A DNA stretch of 64,000 nucleotides from Octopus sinensis. Taxonomy: Eukaryota. The notes beneath the pieces were generated by a model. It worked only from the letters and a program-made list of their open reading frames with translations. It had not been told where the DNA came from and ran no database searches. The DNA lies in assembly GCF_006345805.1 (NCBI RefSeq), contig NC_043014.1, positions 9,486,001 to 9,550,000 of the forward strand, given 5' to 3'. The position numbers and the translations under genes are program-made. Each line of letters starts with the position of its first letter. Position 1 is the first letter of the stretch. Shown here piece after piece: positions 39,083 to 54,770 of the stretch.

Positions 39083-39264
39083 TAGGTCCCGGGTTGAGTC
39101 GGGGTTAACCACAGTAAATAAGGTACTCAATACATAGCAGAGTAAATTAATTTATTTTATAGAAGGAGCTTCTACAGGACTAGAACTGTTTCATTCAAAT
39201 GAAATCATCCTGATGATTTCATTTGAATGAAACAGTTCTAGTCCTGTAGAAGCTTCTTCTATAA
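39083..39264. mobile_element. Penelope-like terminus with 53-bp palindrome and truncated hammerhead core
   Basis: 39157-39209 pairs with 39212-39264; CTGATGA 39210-16, GAAA 39229-32, GTC 39241-43; (TA)n on both sides. Confidence 0.65.
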
Positions 39265-40250
39265 TATATATATATATATATATATAATATATATATATAT
39301 GTGTGTGTCTGTGTGTGTGTGTATGTATATATATGTATGTGTTTGTGTGTGTATGTTCCTGCTTGTGCAATTGTAGTTATATGTATGTTTATGTTTTTGT
39401 GTATAAGCGTGCTGTGCGTGTGTGAAACTGTTATCTCAAAGAAATAAGAGCACCCTTGAATTTACATTTACTGGATATGAGAAAGCATGAAGGTATTATG
39501 AAGGAAACCGCAACTGACAACAGAAGAGAAATAAAAACATATTAAATATACGATATAGAAAGTGAAAGTAACAAATTGAATGTACAATATACGAAGAATT
39601 GATGGCATTTGCAAACTGAAGGATTCTTACGTTATCCTTATTGAAGACATCCAAATAGGAGAGAAAAAAAAATGCAAAAATGAACATCGAATGGTAACGG
39701 GCCCATACGTGATTCAATAATATTGCCAGAAAATGTCAGAACTAATACAAACATACAGCAAGAGGGATCTAATTGAAATTATCTCAATCCACAAGAAAAC
39801 TGAAAAAAAAAAAATGGACACGTTTAGCTTCAATGCCTGTAATAAGAACGTAAAAGAACCTTATGAATCGAAAGAATCAGGCATCGAAACATGCATTTGA
39901 TCATCTGATAAAGCTATCAACGCTGAAGATTCCCAGCTAAACCTCATGGAATTAAAAGCACCCATGCGGAAAATGAATTTCCGCCTATAAAAACAATGAG
40001 GTAATAAAAATATCTATGAGGTATTTGAAAAGAATCAAAGCGCAAATATGTCGATTTATCACACATAAAAAAGCTATTTATCGTGTTACATGTATAATGC
40101 TATATCATACGTCAGAATATGTAAGTGTATATCATAAAGTAGCATTTGTGGAAGGACTGGTGATAATGTAATGTGTTTAGAAAAAGAAGAGAAGAATTAT
40201 TGACATAAAAAAGGCCCTTCTAAGTTTCGAAAGGTACACGTTACGAAGAA

Positions 40251-40252
<2 letters not shown>

Positions 40253-40327
<75 letters not shown>

Positions 40328-40363
40328 TATGTGTGTGTGTGTGTGTGTGTATACATATATATA

Positions 40364-40410
<47 letters not shown>

Positions 40411-40644
40411 GATATGTATGTATATATATGTATATATATATATATAGATATGTGTGTATATATATGTATATATATATATGTATATATATATAGATATATA
40501 TATATAGATATGTGTGTATATATATGTATATATATATATGTATATATATAGATATATATATATATGTATAGATATATATGTATATATATAGATATATATA
40601 TATGTATATGTATATATATAGATATATATATATGTATAGTATAT

Positions 40645-40710
<66 letters not shown>

Positions 40711-40765
40711 GATATATAGATAATATATATATATTATATGTATATATATATATATATATTATATA

Positions 40766-40814
<49 letters not shown>

Positions 40815-40850
40815 ATATATGTATATATAATATATATATATTATATATAT
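40253..40850. repeat. Long interrupted (TA)n with ~60-bp higher-order units near 40400-40560
   Basis: Direct reading. Confidence 0.95.
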
Positions 40851-41878
40851 AAGACAAGAAAACTAGCAAGTTCTTAACGCGAGCAAGCAATTCATTCGAT
40901 CGGTGTACATTTTTGCAATATGTAAGATGCATTTTGTAGAAAATGTTGTATAGCCATGAAACAAGAAACAGTTTTGTTTGGAAATAGATGAAAAATAAAG
41001 AAAGAGCGTGCATTACGTAAGGCACCAATGTAAGAAATTACAGCAAAAATTAACATAGATAAATATGATCAAAGAAGGACGAAAGAAAACCTTGTAAGAA
41101 ACCCGTAGCGCAATAAACGGAAATTATATTAATATATTCGTATAGCAATGCGAAGGGGGGAATGCTTACAGTAAAAGCCAATTGTTGATAATCTGCAAAA
41201 CTTCTCAATAAAGGAAATAGACGTGTTTTAATGTATGGAAGTATGTGTTGTTCTATGTTTTGGTTATTAAGAGAAGACGCAAGAATTTATTTTTTTACTG
41301 CATTACCCTAGATCGAAATATATTTCTCCATCAAATAGACTAAATTCAAACAACAGATGTAGTACATATCTCATAAAAATCTAACCATGTTCTAGCTTTA
41401 ATAGTTGAAGGTAAAAATTATGTTCATATAAATATACAATACGGCGATGAGTAATGTAGGTTGCGTGTTATGTAAGCATATCATGGAATACATGAAAGGC
41501 GGCAAAAGATAAAGAAGGAAGATATGCGATACAACATCTGCTGATAACAAAAAGAAAAGAGAATATGACCCTATTCTAGATAGAGAATTGAATATGTTTA
41601 TGCAGGAGAAGAGCAACAAGATAGAATAAGCAAATATTGCATACAATAACTCTAACATAAATAATAGAAACTGGAATATAAATAAAATCGAATAGAGAAA
41701 TAAAATTCCGTATAAAAAGTGTCTATTGATAATGACAAATATATGAAATTAATATTGATCCTACCTGTGTATTAGACAGTCTGAATGTTATATTGAAATA
41801 AGAAGTCTGATGCTTGCCGCATTATTCGCTAGCATGGCAATAATGGAGAGAACATTTAACATCAAGAATCCGACGGAC

Positions 41879-42525
41879 CAGTGGTTCTCAAACACTGTTT
41901 ACCTATGGAACCATTAGGTTCCTATTCAACTCGGTTGGACTCTCATAATAATACGATGTTTAAAAAATCCTATATTATAATTAAATGATATTAGGAATTG
42001 TATTTAAAAAATTCTGTTAAAAGCGCGAATGTATTGTAGAATTGTAGGAATAGCTGTGTGGTAAGTAGCTTGCTTATAAACCACATGTTTCCGGGTTCAG
42101 GCCCACTGCATGGCACCTTGGGCAAGTGTCTTCTACTATAACCTCAGGTCGACCAAAACCTTGTGAGTGGATCTGGTAGACGGAAACTGAAATAAGCCCG
42201 TCGTATATATGTATATATATATATGTGTGTGTGCGTGTGTTTTGTGTACGTTTGTGTTTGTCCCCACAACACCGCTTGACAACCGATGCTGGTGTGTTTA
42301 CTTCCCTGTAACTTAGCGGTTCGGCAAAAGAGACCGATAGAATAAGTACTAGGCTTACAAAGAAAATGTCCTGGGGTCGATTTGCACGACTAAAGGCGGT
42401 GCTCCAGCATGGCCACAGTCAAATGACTGAAACAATTAAAAGAGTATTTTATTGCCCTGAAATTTTGAAAATATAATCTTATATTGATACCGAAGAGACA
42501 TATGGACCCCAGTTGAGAACCACTG
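41879..42525. mobile_element. hAT-type MITE interrupted by a SINE B
   Basis: TIR CAGTGGTTCTCAA...TTGAGAACCACTG; 8-bp TSD not conserved. Confidence 0.7.
42046..42445 (+). mobile_element. SINE family B nested in the hAT MITE
   Basis: Family B head to tail. Confidence 0.9.
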
Positions 42526-44714
42526 AATCTAGGCATAAAAAGCAAAAATCAAATGAACAATAATTACACAAGGAGGAAACAAATTCAAATCTACGGTTCT
42601 AAATACGGCGTACATATAAATAGCTAGAAATGAAGGGTAAATTTTCTGTTTTGGAAAACTGAACTAATATACTGTGAAATATAAGGTTTATTGTGGGACA
42701 ATTTAATATACAACCGATAGAAACATTGTCCAATACGTTTTAGCGCAATTCATTTGTTGACGTAACGTCCAGCATATATTGCTCCGCTGATGGTCAATTT
42801 GTTCCCTCTATTTATATATATCTTAGGCTCCGAATATGTCTTAGGCACCGTCACTTTTCTTCCAACTACATCATATATATATTTATTGGGGCCGAGAATA
42901 CATTCGGATGAATACCTCCTGAGTCACAATATTTAGAACTTATATTTGTATAAGACCCTGGGATTAAAAAGAAAAGCTGGTCTACTGGAATATTGGTTTC
43001 CAGTTTTGAAACAGGATCAGTTAGATCTGGGGAGGGCATAAATCGATTAAACCGACCTGAGTAAGCAACTGTTACTTTTCATCGAGCCCCAACAGAATGA
43101 AAGGTAAAATCGAACCCAACGGAATTTGAACTCAGAACGTAAAGCCGTGCGAAATGCCGCTAAGCATTTTGCGCGCCGCGTTAAATATTCTGGCTGGTAA
43201 CCTCCTTGGTGTAATGTGATATTGACATCGAATTTCTGCACAAGGCCAGTAATCTTGCAGGAGGGGTAAATGGATTACATCGACACCAGTACTCAACTGG
43301 TAATTATTTTATCGACCTCGAAATGATGAATGGGAAAGTTAACTTAGAATTTGGACTTAGAAGATTAAACCGGGCAGAATACCAGTAAGCATTTTGCTAA
43401 GCACGTTCGAGTGCTGCCTTGGTATACTGTAATATTAGAATAGAAAGAAAAACATTTTCTCCTTGCTATAAATTAATGATCTAACAAATAAGTAGAAACA
43501 CAAGAGAAACCATAAGAGAAACAAGGAAAGCTGTTGGAATCAAGTACATGTTTGCAAGTGATTGAGTCTGTAGATTAATTTTACATATTTGAACAATTCA
43601 TATTCTGTGGGGGATACGAATTGTTCCAAAAATACAACCATTTTGTGAATGTGAGAGTTCACTGGACAAAGCTAAAAGTATATATGAATTCAAATTTATG
43701 GGCTCATTGTATTATTTTGTGGGGATATTAGTATTGTGAGCTTAGACCAGGCCTGAGAAATCTTAGTAAAGTTACTGCGGGAAATGACAATTATTTTCCA
43801 CCTCAGTCGAGATACACATATTTCATAGACTTTAATGATAGTCTCCGGAATAATTATTCAAATCATTATGATGCATCTTTGATAATTATATAGAACATAC
43901 TATTGTTCGGTGAGGCTGTTGTAGTCCAATAAGGAAAACAAAAGATAACAGATAAAAGGTAATACAATACATACCTTATTTATAAGACCCTAAGGCAATA
44001 CAACTAGTACAAATAGTGAAGCAGAACGCAATTTGTGAGAACCGCTAATTTGAATTTCAATAATAATTATAGTTATTACTTGAAGTAAGGCAACAATGGA
44101 GGCCGTGAGTTGATATTCTTAACTTATAAAGTTTAGACACGAATGACATAAATAGACTTGCATGAGTTATATATAAATTATATGCTTGTCACATGCGTGA
44201 AGGGAAGATGAGAAAGTTTGTTCCACACTGTAATATGGAAGTGACAGTAAAGTTCCAAAGTTCATCTCTAAGCTATACGAAGATCCGGATTATCTATTCA
44301 AAATCAATTAAAAGAGATTGCATGAAGATTAAAGTCTCCATTAAATACACAATGTTCGATTCATAAATATGTCCCATTAAATAACGGACCATAATGGCCA
44401 ATGTCATATATACTTTAGATATTACCCGCAGCTCACGAATTGGGAGTTGGGGGGGGGGGGTAATGTGAAATCGCCATTTAAATACACAACATTATATTCA
44501 ACATTAAATATGAATAACACAAATTCTAATATACAGTAAATTTGAAATGCACGCTGCAGCACAAATACTATTAAATATAAACGAAAGAAACATTAATTTT
44601 CCCATAAATGAAACTAAACCTATTATTTACTATCTACAACAGAAACACCGTATTTATAAAATTATTATGCATTATGGCGAATATGTGTGTATACTTGGAG
44701 AGTGTGTGTACTTA

Positions 44715-44995
44715 TGTATGCATGTATGTATGCATGTATGCATGTATGCATGCATGTATGTATGTATATATGTATGTATGTATGCATGTATGCATGTATG
44801 CATGCATGTATGTATGTATGCATGTATGCATGCATGTATGTATGCATGTATGTATGCATGTATGTTTGTATGTATGTATGTATGTATGTATGTATGCATG
44901 CATGTTTGTATGTATGCATGTATGTATGTATGCATGCATGTTTGTATGTATGCATGTATGTATGTATGTATGGATGGATGGATGGATTGATGGAT
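44715..44995. repeat. (ATGT)/(ATGC) tetranucleotide mosaic ending in (ATGG)n
   Basis: Direct reading. Confidence 0.95.
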
Positions 44996-46254
44996 TGATG
45001 GATGTATATCAATTCCAGCGGTTATATTTACGAAGAAAAATATTTGTATTCTCAATATTTGATATAATATCCAGAAATGTTGTAGCTGTGAATTCCGTAG
45101 CTGCTTGCAAATACAGGGTAATACTTTATGGTGTTTATTTAATTGAATTTGAGCAGCTTTAAAGACGGATGTGTAACAACAAAACTGAAGAAAGAAAAAA
45201 AGTTACATTGAATACGTTCGGTAATATATATTAACTCAAGTAAATTTGATAGATATATAAACCTGGTATATATATATATATAGGTATCCATACTGATTTG
45301 TGCAGCAAGTAGGACTCGAAAGGCTTTAAACATAGTGCAACGAAAGGATCGAATGAGAAGGCATAATCTAAGCTGGTGTCTGTAGGAAGGTGGACAAATG
45401 GGAACCGGACGCCTACAACCTGTGCCCTTGGTTTGGCAGTCGGTTTGACTCAAGATCTGTGAGGTTCCCTGGTTAACCCTAGGTGATTACTCTTATTTGG
45501 AAATTGTGTTACAATGTTCTTGACTATTATTCATCATGTTTTACTTATGTTGGTTTGTACTCACAATCTTATTATTCTTTCTATTGTCCTAAATGTTTTC
45601 GCGTCCCATGTGTCCTATATATAAATATTATTGTTGTCAATTTGATCGGTTGGGGGAGTGATTGTACAGCAGATACATTAGATCACTTGAAACAAATTAT
45701 TCGTGCAGGTATTTCGGCAATAGCAGAACGCTTCTACGCCAGACTCCATCACCATCATCATCATCATAATTGTTGTTGTCGTTGTTGTTGTTATTGAAGC
45801 AGCGACCTGCCAGTATCGTTGACATACCGGCCAAAATAAATAGCGGCATGTGTTCCAGCATTTTACGGTTTAAATACCGGTGATGTCGACATCGCATTCA
45901 TCATTAAGGGGTTGATAAAATAAACCACTGACCCATTTCTTGGATGAATGCAATCGACAAAACCCCTCCTCTTGACATTGCTGGCCTTGTGCCTAAATAT
46001 GAAAGCAATATTTAAAGGGGGACTTGCAGAATCATTACGACACTGGGAAGTTGCTTAGTGACAATTATTTAGGCTGTTTACACTTTGAGTTGAAATTTCA
46101 CCGACGTCAACTTTGCATTTCATCCTGTTAAGGACGATAAAATAAATACTATTTGAGATCTTGATATTATCCATTAGCCCACTCTCCCAAATTGCACATT
46201 TTATGCCTCTAGTAAGTAGTTACATGCTCTGGACAATATGTCAACACCATAACA

Positions 46255-46670
46255 TTAAAACTGACAATAAATGGTATAAACGTGCCAAACAAGATACAAA
46301 CCAAAATCCAAGCCACAATCATCTGGGATATGCCGGCTAAAACCGGCAAAGAAATAAAAGCTAATCGCCCCGACATAATAATCAAGGATTGAGAAAAACA
46401 CCTCCATGCTGATAGACATCGCAGTCACTTCTGATCAAAATATTATTTTCCAAAAAGAAGTGGAAAAATTGTCGAAGTATAAACAACTCGAAATTGAAGT
46501 ATTCAAGATGTGGGGCATGCGGGTGAAAGCAATACCAATAATAATTGGAGCATTGGGCATGATAAAAATCAAATGAACAAAAACGTAGAAGCGATATCTG
46601 GATCCTCAAGTAAAGAATAGCCCTGTTAGGAACAGCCCACATCCTAAGCAACAGACTATCAATTCAATAA
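46255..46670 (+). mobile_element. RLE endonuclease-domain remnant, third lineage
   Basis: DNKWYK...IWDMPAKTGKEIKANRPDIIIKD*...MLIDIAVTSDQN...KEVEKLSKYKQLEIEVFKMWGMRVKAIPIIIGALGMI. Confidence 0.88.
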
Positions 46671-46964
46671 TACTACCTAAACAAAAGAACCCAGATACAA
46701 AAGACACTCTATACAGCAATCATCCAGTAAAAAAAACTTCCACCAGAAATCCACTAACCAACGCATTACACACACAAAACACAATATAATCAATAATACA
46801 AGAAACGACAGCATCACATCTCGAGAGATAAAACTGACGTAGTACAATACGCCTAACAACTGCAAAGAATACAAAACGCTGCACACATCACAGCAACAGG
46901 GATGTGTAGGAGGTGATGCAGTAGAAATTTGCCTGAAAGTACAAAATGTTCAACAATAATAACA

Positions 46965-47170
46965 TGAAAAAGGGAAAGAAATACGATCCCTTAAAATTTG
47001 AAATTGTGAAATATCGGAGTATGAAAACGCTAAGGGCCGTGGCTGTAATAATCTGTGCAGCAGGAGCTGATGCACCAATGATAGATAAATACTTGAAGAA
47101 AATTGGAATAGAACGTTGTATTCTGTAGGAATTTTGATTCTTTGAATATTATTAGAAGCTAGTTGAGTAC
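46965..47170 (+). mobile_element. Very degenerate RLE C-terminus, fourth lineage (HERO-like)
   Basis: KKGKKYDPLKFEIVKYRSMKTLRAVAVIICAAGA....DKYLKKIGI after AAT repeats. Confidence 0.55.
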
Positions 47171-47398
47171 CTCAAAGGTTAATGAAAGTTCGTGGATATC
47201 TAAAGTTAATGGTAGGAAAATCGCTAAGTACATAAATTCTTCCAGGTATAAGAACAAACCCGAGTCAAATCAGGACAAAAATAATCAATATATATTGAAA
47301 GTGGCCTGTAAGACTTTATCTAATCTGGCTTTGTAATACCTTACTTATTTTGATTTGTAGCTTATCCTATTTTCTTCTCTTTCTCTCTCAAATCCTTA

Positions 47399-47435
<37 letters not shown>

Positions 47436-47914
47436 ATTCATTTTTTTTTACTGCTCCAGTATAAATATGTAATATTTAACACATCAGTAAATATACTGCA
47501 CAATTACAGCTCAATAATTTTCAATAACATTCGATGTATGGAATAAAATCTTGCCTACAAGGAATAAAATGTGGGGATTAAAGCGGATTAACCGAATTAA
47601 ATGAAATATATATCAACTTAAGAACGTCGGCGAAGCTTTCCCGTTACGCTCGCGGCATCCATTATTTTCGAATGCGATTATAATTCCACGTCATCTGAGA
47701 AGCCATCACAGCATTTGAGCTATTGGTTTTGTTTGCAACAGTAATTCGATTCTCAAAATTTTATATAAGTTCATCGTTATCCCAAAGTTTATATATTCGT
47801 AAGTATGTGATGATAACAGTGTAAATTCGATGAACCCAGTGTGCATGATTCACACAATTTGGCTTTATATATATTGCTTATAATTCATTTATAAAGCAAT
47901 TGATTCAAGATATT

Positions 47915-48110
47915 TTGTATGCACAAGGAATATACATATATACATGTATACACATGTACAAAAATGCAAAAATAAGATATACACAATAAGAGTTGTATGC
48001 ACAATGAATATACATCTATACTGACGTACATATATACATGTATACACATGTACAAGAATGCAAAAATAAGAAGATTCACACAGAGTTGTATGCACAAGGA
48101 TACACATATA
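47915..48110. repeat. Minisatellite, ~2.3 units of 78-93 bp
   Basis: TTGTATGCACAA recurs at 47915, 47993, 48086. Confidence 0.75.
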
Positions 48111-48784
48111 TGTATGTTCACATACTCCTTATACAGAATAAAGAGAATGAATTTATGAATGCCATTTTAATATGGAATTCATGAAGCCTGATCACCCGCG
48201 GACCCATGTGCTATACATAATATAATGCCTCCTATACTGCAACAAAAGAATGCTGTATTAGTTGAACAGCAATGAACCCCAAGACAAAAGAATATTCCTG
48301 CTTGAGATTTCAAAACTTTATATTATGAATGCGGTGCATATTATCACTACAAGACTCTTAATCAGCTTATCTGATGTGAATATATTAAATGCACTTTGTG
48401 GTACTTACTAGGCACTTGAAAATCTAGTGAACACCCTACAAAAAAAAAAATAATAATAACAAAAACAGAGAACAACTCAGGAAAACAGGCGCGTTAATTG
48501 AATACATGTAATTAAGCCTAACTCATCTTTATATGTCCAGTTTACGTCAATGAATTATATATAAATGTAATCTCTCTGTTCTATTTCCAGCGTAGCTGTG
48601 TGCTATCTTGGGTGCAGTCTCGAATCGAGCAAGCTTGGGAAACTCTATTCCACTATAGGACAGGGCTGATCAAATTCTTGTGAATATTTTTTTACAGGGA
48701 AACTGAATGAACGACGCACACACTTACACAAACACGCACACATACACATCTATATACATACGTATGTAGATATATATAAATACA

Positions 48785-48944
48785 TAGAGTGGCTGTGTGG
48801 TAAGTGGCTTGGTTACCAACCATATGGTTCCGATTTCAGTCCCACTGCGTGACACATTGGCCTCGTGACTTCTAGTATAGCCTTGTGGGTGGATTTGGAT
48901 GAAGGAAACTGAAAGAAGCCCGTCGTATAAAAGTATATACATAC

Positions 48945-49007
<63 letters not shown>

Positions 49008-49208
49008 TGTGTCTGTGTTTGTCCCCACCACATCGCTTGACAACCGATGCTGGTGTGTTTACGTCCCTGTAACTTAGCAGTTCGGGAAAAGAGACCGATA
49101 GAATAAGTACTAGGCTTATAAATTATATAAGTCCTGGGGTTGATTTGGTCGACTAAAGGCGGTGCTCCAGCATGGCCACAGCCAAATGTCTGCAACAAGT
49201 AAAAGAGT
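48785..49208 (+). mobile_element. SINE family B, full length
   Basis: Family B head to tail. Confidence 0.88.
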
Positions 49209-49385
49209 ATATGCGTGTGTGTCTTATTGGAATATTTCTGGATACAAATCTGGGATTTAAGTAATGTCTCCAAAAATATTTAGTAATCACAGAAATGTTT
49301 ATTGTCAATAATGTTTAGATCATTTTAAAGTCTGCACATACATCTATATTTCTGCATAATCGCTATTTCGGCCAATGCATTTTTG

Positions 49386-49508
<123 letters not shown>

Positions 49509-49554
49509 AGATATTTATTAGTAAGTTACATGTTTATATACATCATATATATAT

Positions 49555-49731
49555 TTAGCACTTTCGTCCATTCTAGTGGAGTCTTCAAATTGAAGACTTG
49601 GCAGTCGCATCTGATGGAGCTCCCGACTGACCCTACCGCTAAGTGTGAAGAACGTGCAGTTATTCAGTGTTCAGACGCAGAATACATCAAATTCAATTTG
49701 CATACTCCACTAGAATGGACGAAAGCGCTAA
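49555..49731. repeat. 28-38-bp inverted repeat, ~100-nt spacer, degenerate outward-facing hammerhead halves
   Basis: 49555-49582 pairs with 49704-49731; minus strand TTGAAGA-C-TCCA-CTAGAA-TGGA-C-GAAA-GTGC-TA. Confidence 0.6.
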
Positions 49732-49877
49732 TATATGAGATATGATTTATAAAAACATGTAAGATACTAATAAATATCTGTAAATATAAAACCATCCGGA
49801 TTTCTAGCACCTCATTTCTTCTAATATATAATACTTGTACATCATCACCAAATTTTCTAATACACACACACACACGC

Positions 49878-49925
<48 letters not shown>

Positions 49926-50045
49926 TTGTGGACGACTAGAGTCTGGCTCTAGCAGAAAACCCTGACGAAAAATTCACACAGTGTGACTGATCCTCGAACC
50001 ATGGAGTTGTGAGGCAAGACGTGTTACCATATACCCACGCTTACT

Positions 50046-50145
<100 letters not shown>

Positions 50146-50239
50146 CATATTTGTTCTATATGTATAGAATGGCACGTGTCACCGTGCTGTGAAGTCTGTA
50201 AGGAAAACGGGTGTCTAACATACTCGATAATAATGTATG

Positions 50240-50273
<34 letters not shown>

Positions 50274-50827
50274 ATATATACATTTAAATACCAGGCGATA
50301 TATTGTAGTCAATGTACGCGACTAAAACTCTTGAATAACTTATCGAAACATCGCCTTCGTTAAAATGACGGAACCATTTAATAAACACAGTAAAACGTTC
50401 ATTAACAAGCGGCGAATATTCTCGCCATGATATCGCTTTAGTGTTTCCGTTCGATTGCATATAATATGAATGCTATTACTGATTACTAAAGAGTTAAATG
50501 TATGAAAGATATCTGCTTATATTGTGTCAGACAAGCGGGATATCGTGTATCAGTTTTTCTTCTTGTCAATAGCGTGATGGTTGTGATAATTGCGTTATCA
50601 ACGTGTTATGCTGATATTATTGATCCAAGTTAAAAATTAATTAACCAATAATTGGATGGAAATTACATTCGCTTGGCGAGAAAATATTCTAACCGGTCTA
50701 TAACACAAGTTGAGGAACTGGCAATTAAGCATGCATATATATATATATACACAGACACATGTATATTTATATGTACGTATGTAGATATATACACATACAT
50801 ATGTTTATATATATATATATATATATA

Positions 50828-50834
50828 TAGATAG

Positions 50835-50871
<37 letters not shown>

Positions 50872-50925
50872 TAGTTAGATAGATTAATAGATAGAAAGAG
50901 ATAGTTAGATAGATAGATAGATAGT

Positions 50926-50972
<47 letters not shown>

Positions 50973-51009
50973 TGATAGTTAGATAGATAGATAGATAGAT
51001 AGGTAGATG

Positions 51010-51047
<38 letters not shown>

Positions 51048-51050
51048 CAG

Positions 51051-51086
<36 letters not shown>

Positions 51087-51110
51087 GAGATAGTTAGATA
51101 GATAGATATT
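50828..51110. repeat. (AGAT)n tetranucleotide repeat
   Basis: Direct reading. Confidence 0.97.
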
Positions 51111-51560
51111 CACACATTACTAGATATGTTTATCTTTATCCAGAGAGATAAACACTCACACGCGTACATACATCCATGCACACATACGCAAGCGCGCACA
51201 CACACACACACATACACACGCACGCATAAACATACACACTTCTATATGTATATTCGGTATTTGTATATATTTCAGCCCATATTAATGTATGGGGCGTAAG
51301 CACATGTTTGTATTGACGACGCTAATGTTTTTGCTACGCTTCATTAGCGTATAGCAGTTTTTTAATATTATTCAGATTGTATGCACAACATTTTCTCTTG
51401 GTCGCCATTTTGTAAAGTGCCGTAATCTTGATTTATATGGTCGGAGATATATATACACCTCTATCGTTCAGCCTATTAATGATAATATATTTATTCCTCA
51501 CACACACAACACACACACACACACGTACACACACACTCACGCACATAGAGACACACACAT

Positions 51561-51751
51561 ACTCTTTTACTCTTTTACTTGTTTCAGTAATTTGACTGCG
51601 GCCATGCTGGAGCATAGCCTTTAGTCGAGCAAATCGACCCCAGGAATTATTCTTTGGAAGCCTATTACTTATTCTATCGGTCTCTTCTGCCGAACCGCTA
51701 TGTTCCGAGGACGTAAACACACCAGAATCTATTGTCAAGCGATGTTGGGAG

Positions 51752-51808
<57 letters not shown>

Positions 51809-51985
51809 CATATACGTATATACGACGGTCTTCTTTCAGTTTCCGTCTACCAAATCCACTCACAAGGCTTTGGTCGGCCCGAGGCTATAGTAGAAGACAC
51901 TTGGCCAAAGTGCCACGCCGTGGGACCGGACCCGGAACCATGTAGCTGGGAAGCAAGCTACTTACCACACACCCACTCCTGCGCC
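51561..51985 (-). mobile_element. SINE family B, full length
   Basis: Reverse complement of family B consensus. Confidence 0.9.
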
Positions 51986-52581
51986 TAGATATATATGTAT
52001 GAAATGTCTTTCCTGAGCCATACGCCCATAAGGCTGGTTTCCTGTTTGTGTTCTATGTACATGTTCTCCACCTGCTTGGAATCCCGATGGCATCGAAGGA
52101 TTAGGGATTTTTGTCAGCTGAGAGGACCGGAGAAATCTGAAACGACATGTTTCGCACAAGAACACAATGCTCCATGCTTCTGCGAACCAAAACCAAAATC
52201 TTACAATCATGCGTGCAGCAACCTAACCAATAACCCACAAGACTAACCGCCCACGATCACAGAGATACAGCGAGATTGCGGGGGGGGGGCACAGATAATT
52301 GATAAATCAAATAATGAGTAATAGGAGGAAAACATAATCTTTAATATTGTAGATATAACCGGATTAGATATCTAATTAAGGATGAATCGTCAAGGTAACT
52401 ATGGAATTGAGCAGCTGCTAATGGATTCACATTCCGATGCTGAAAGGGTAATTGCACTTAATCAAAATGTACTCCTTCGTTGTCATCATTGATCACCACC
52501 AGTATGCTAATGGACATCTGAAAGGAAGAGAGATTACGGAGGGAGAGTCAATCAATTCAAACGAAAACTGTTGGATAAATC

Positions 52582-53639
<1,058 letters not shown>

Positions 53640-54017
53640 GAAATAAAGACTGAAAAAAGACTGAAAAAACTACAGAAGGCTTGAGTTATAAGGTTAAAGA
53701 ATGTATTTAAGTGCTTACGTTAGAAAAATGTTACAAAATTATTTATGTTAAAAAATGATATATAAAATTTCTCAAATTTCAGCGAAGACATGACACAATG
53801 TAAGTAAAGACATTTGAGAAATTTGAAAAGAAAATGCCGAAGGCGGTTATTTCTCCAAAAACAATGTTACAATACGCAAAATTTTCTAACATTTTTCTAA
53901 CATAACGACTTAAACATATTCTTTAACCATATAACACAAGCCTTCTGTAATTTTTTTCACCCTTTTTTATGTTTTTATAAATCCAACAACGTGCTTTCAC
54001 GTACCAACCCCCTCACC

Positions 54018-54021
54018 TATA

Positions 54022-54093
<72 letters not shown>

Positions 54094-54151
54094 TATTATA
54101 TACATATATATATATATATATAAATATACATATATATATATATATATAAAT

Positions 54152-54219
<68 letters not shown>

Positions 54220-54250
54220 CATATATATATATATATATACATATATATAC

Positions 54251-54300
<50 letters not shown>

Positions 54301-54345
54301 TATATATATATATATATATATACTATATATATATATATATTATAT

Positions 54346-54376
<31 letters not shown>

Positions 54377-54415
54377 TATTATATATATATATATATACAT
54401 TATATATATATATAT

Positions 54416-54462
<47 letters not shown>
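54018..54462. repeat. (TA)n microsatellite
   Basis: Direct reading. Confidence 0.97.
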
Positions 54463-54463
<1 letters not shown>

Positions 54464-54695
54464 GAGGAATTCCATACTCTAACGTACCTGTATTTTGCAT
54501 ATTTACAATACACAATTCATATATAAATATATATTAAATTCAAATTACGATGAACTTAAACAAATGAACTTTACTATAGAAGAGTTAAGATGTCTTAGAA
54601 AGTTAAATAAGTGTTTTTAAATTCTCAAACGGAGGATAATGATGATAATATGCCCTGAACAGGATAAGGTACCACTGCAGAAGAATTTGTGGTGT

Positions 54696-54770
54696 GGCGG
54701 TTTAGCTTAACGACTCAGAGCACCGTGGCGCGTAATCACGGAGGTGTGAGTTTGCGTCTCATAGCCGGCC
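54696..54770 (+). pseudogene. tRNA-like pseudogene (Thr-CGT-like cloverleaf) with T6 tract
   Basis: D stem GCTT/GAGC, anticodon stem CCGTG/CACGG (9-nt loop with CGT), T stem GTGAG/CTCAT, degenerate T loop; T6 at 54781. Confidence 0.5.

Noticed and set aside
52105-52165. CTGAGAG...GAAAC..GTT motif
   Set aside because: N7 missing, weak helix II, no helix I.
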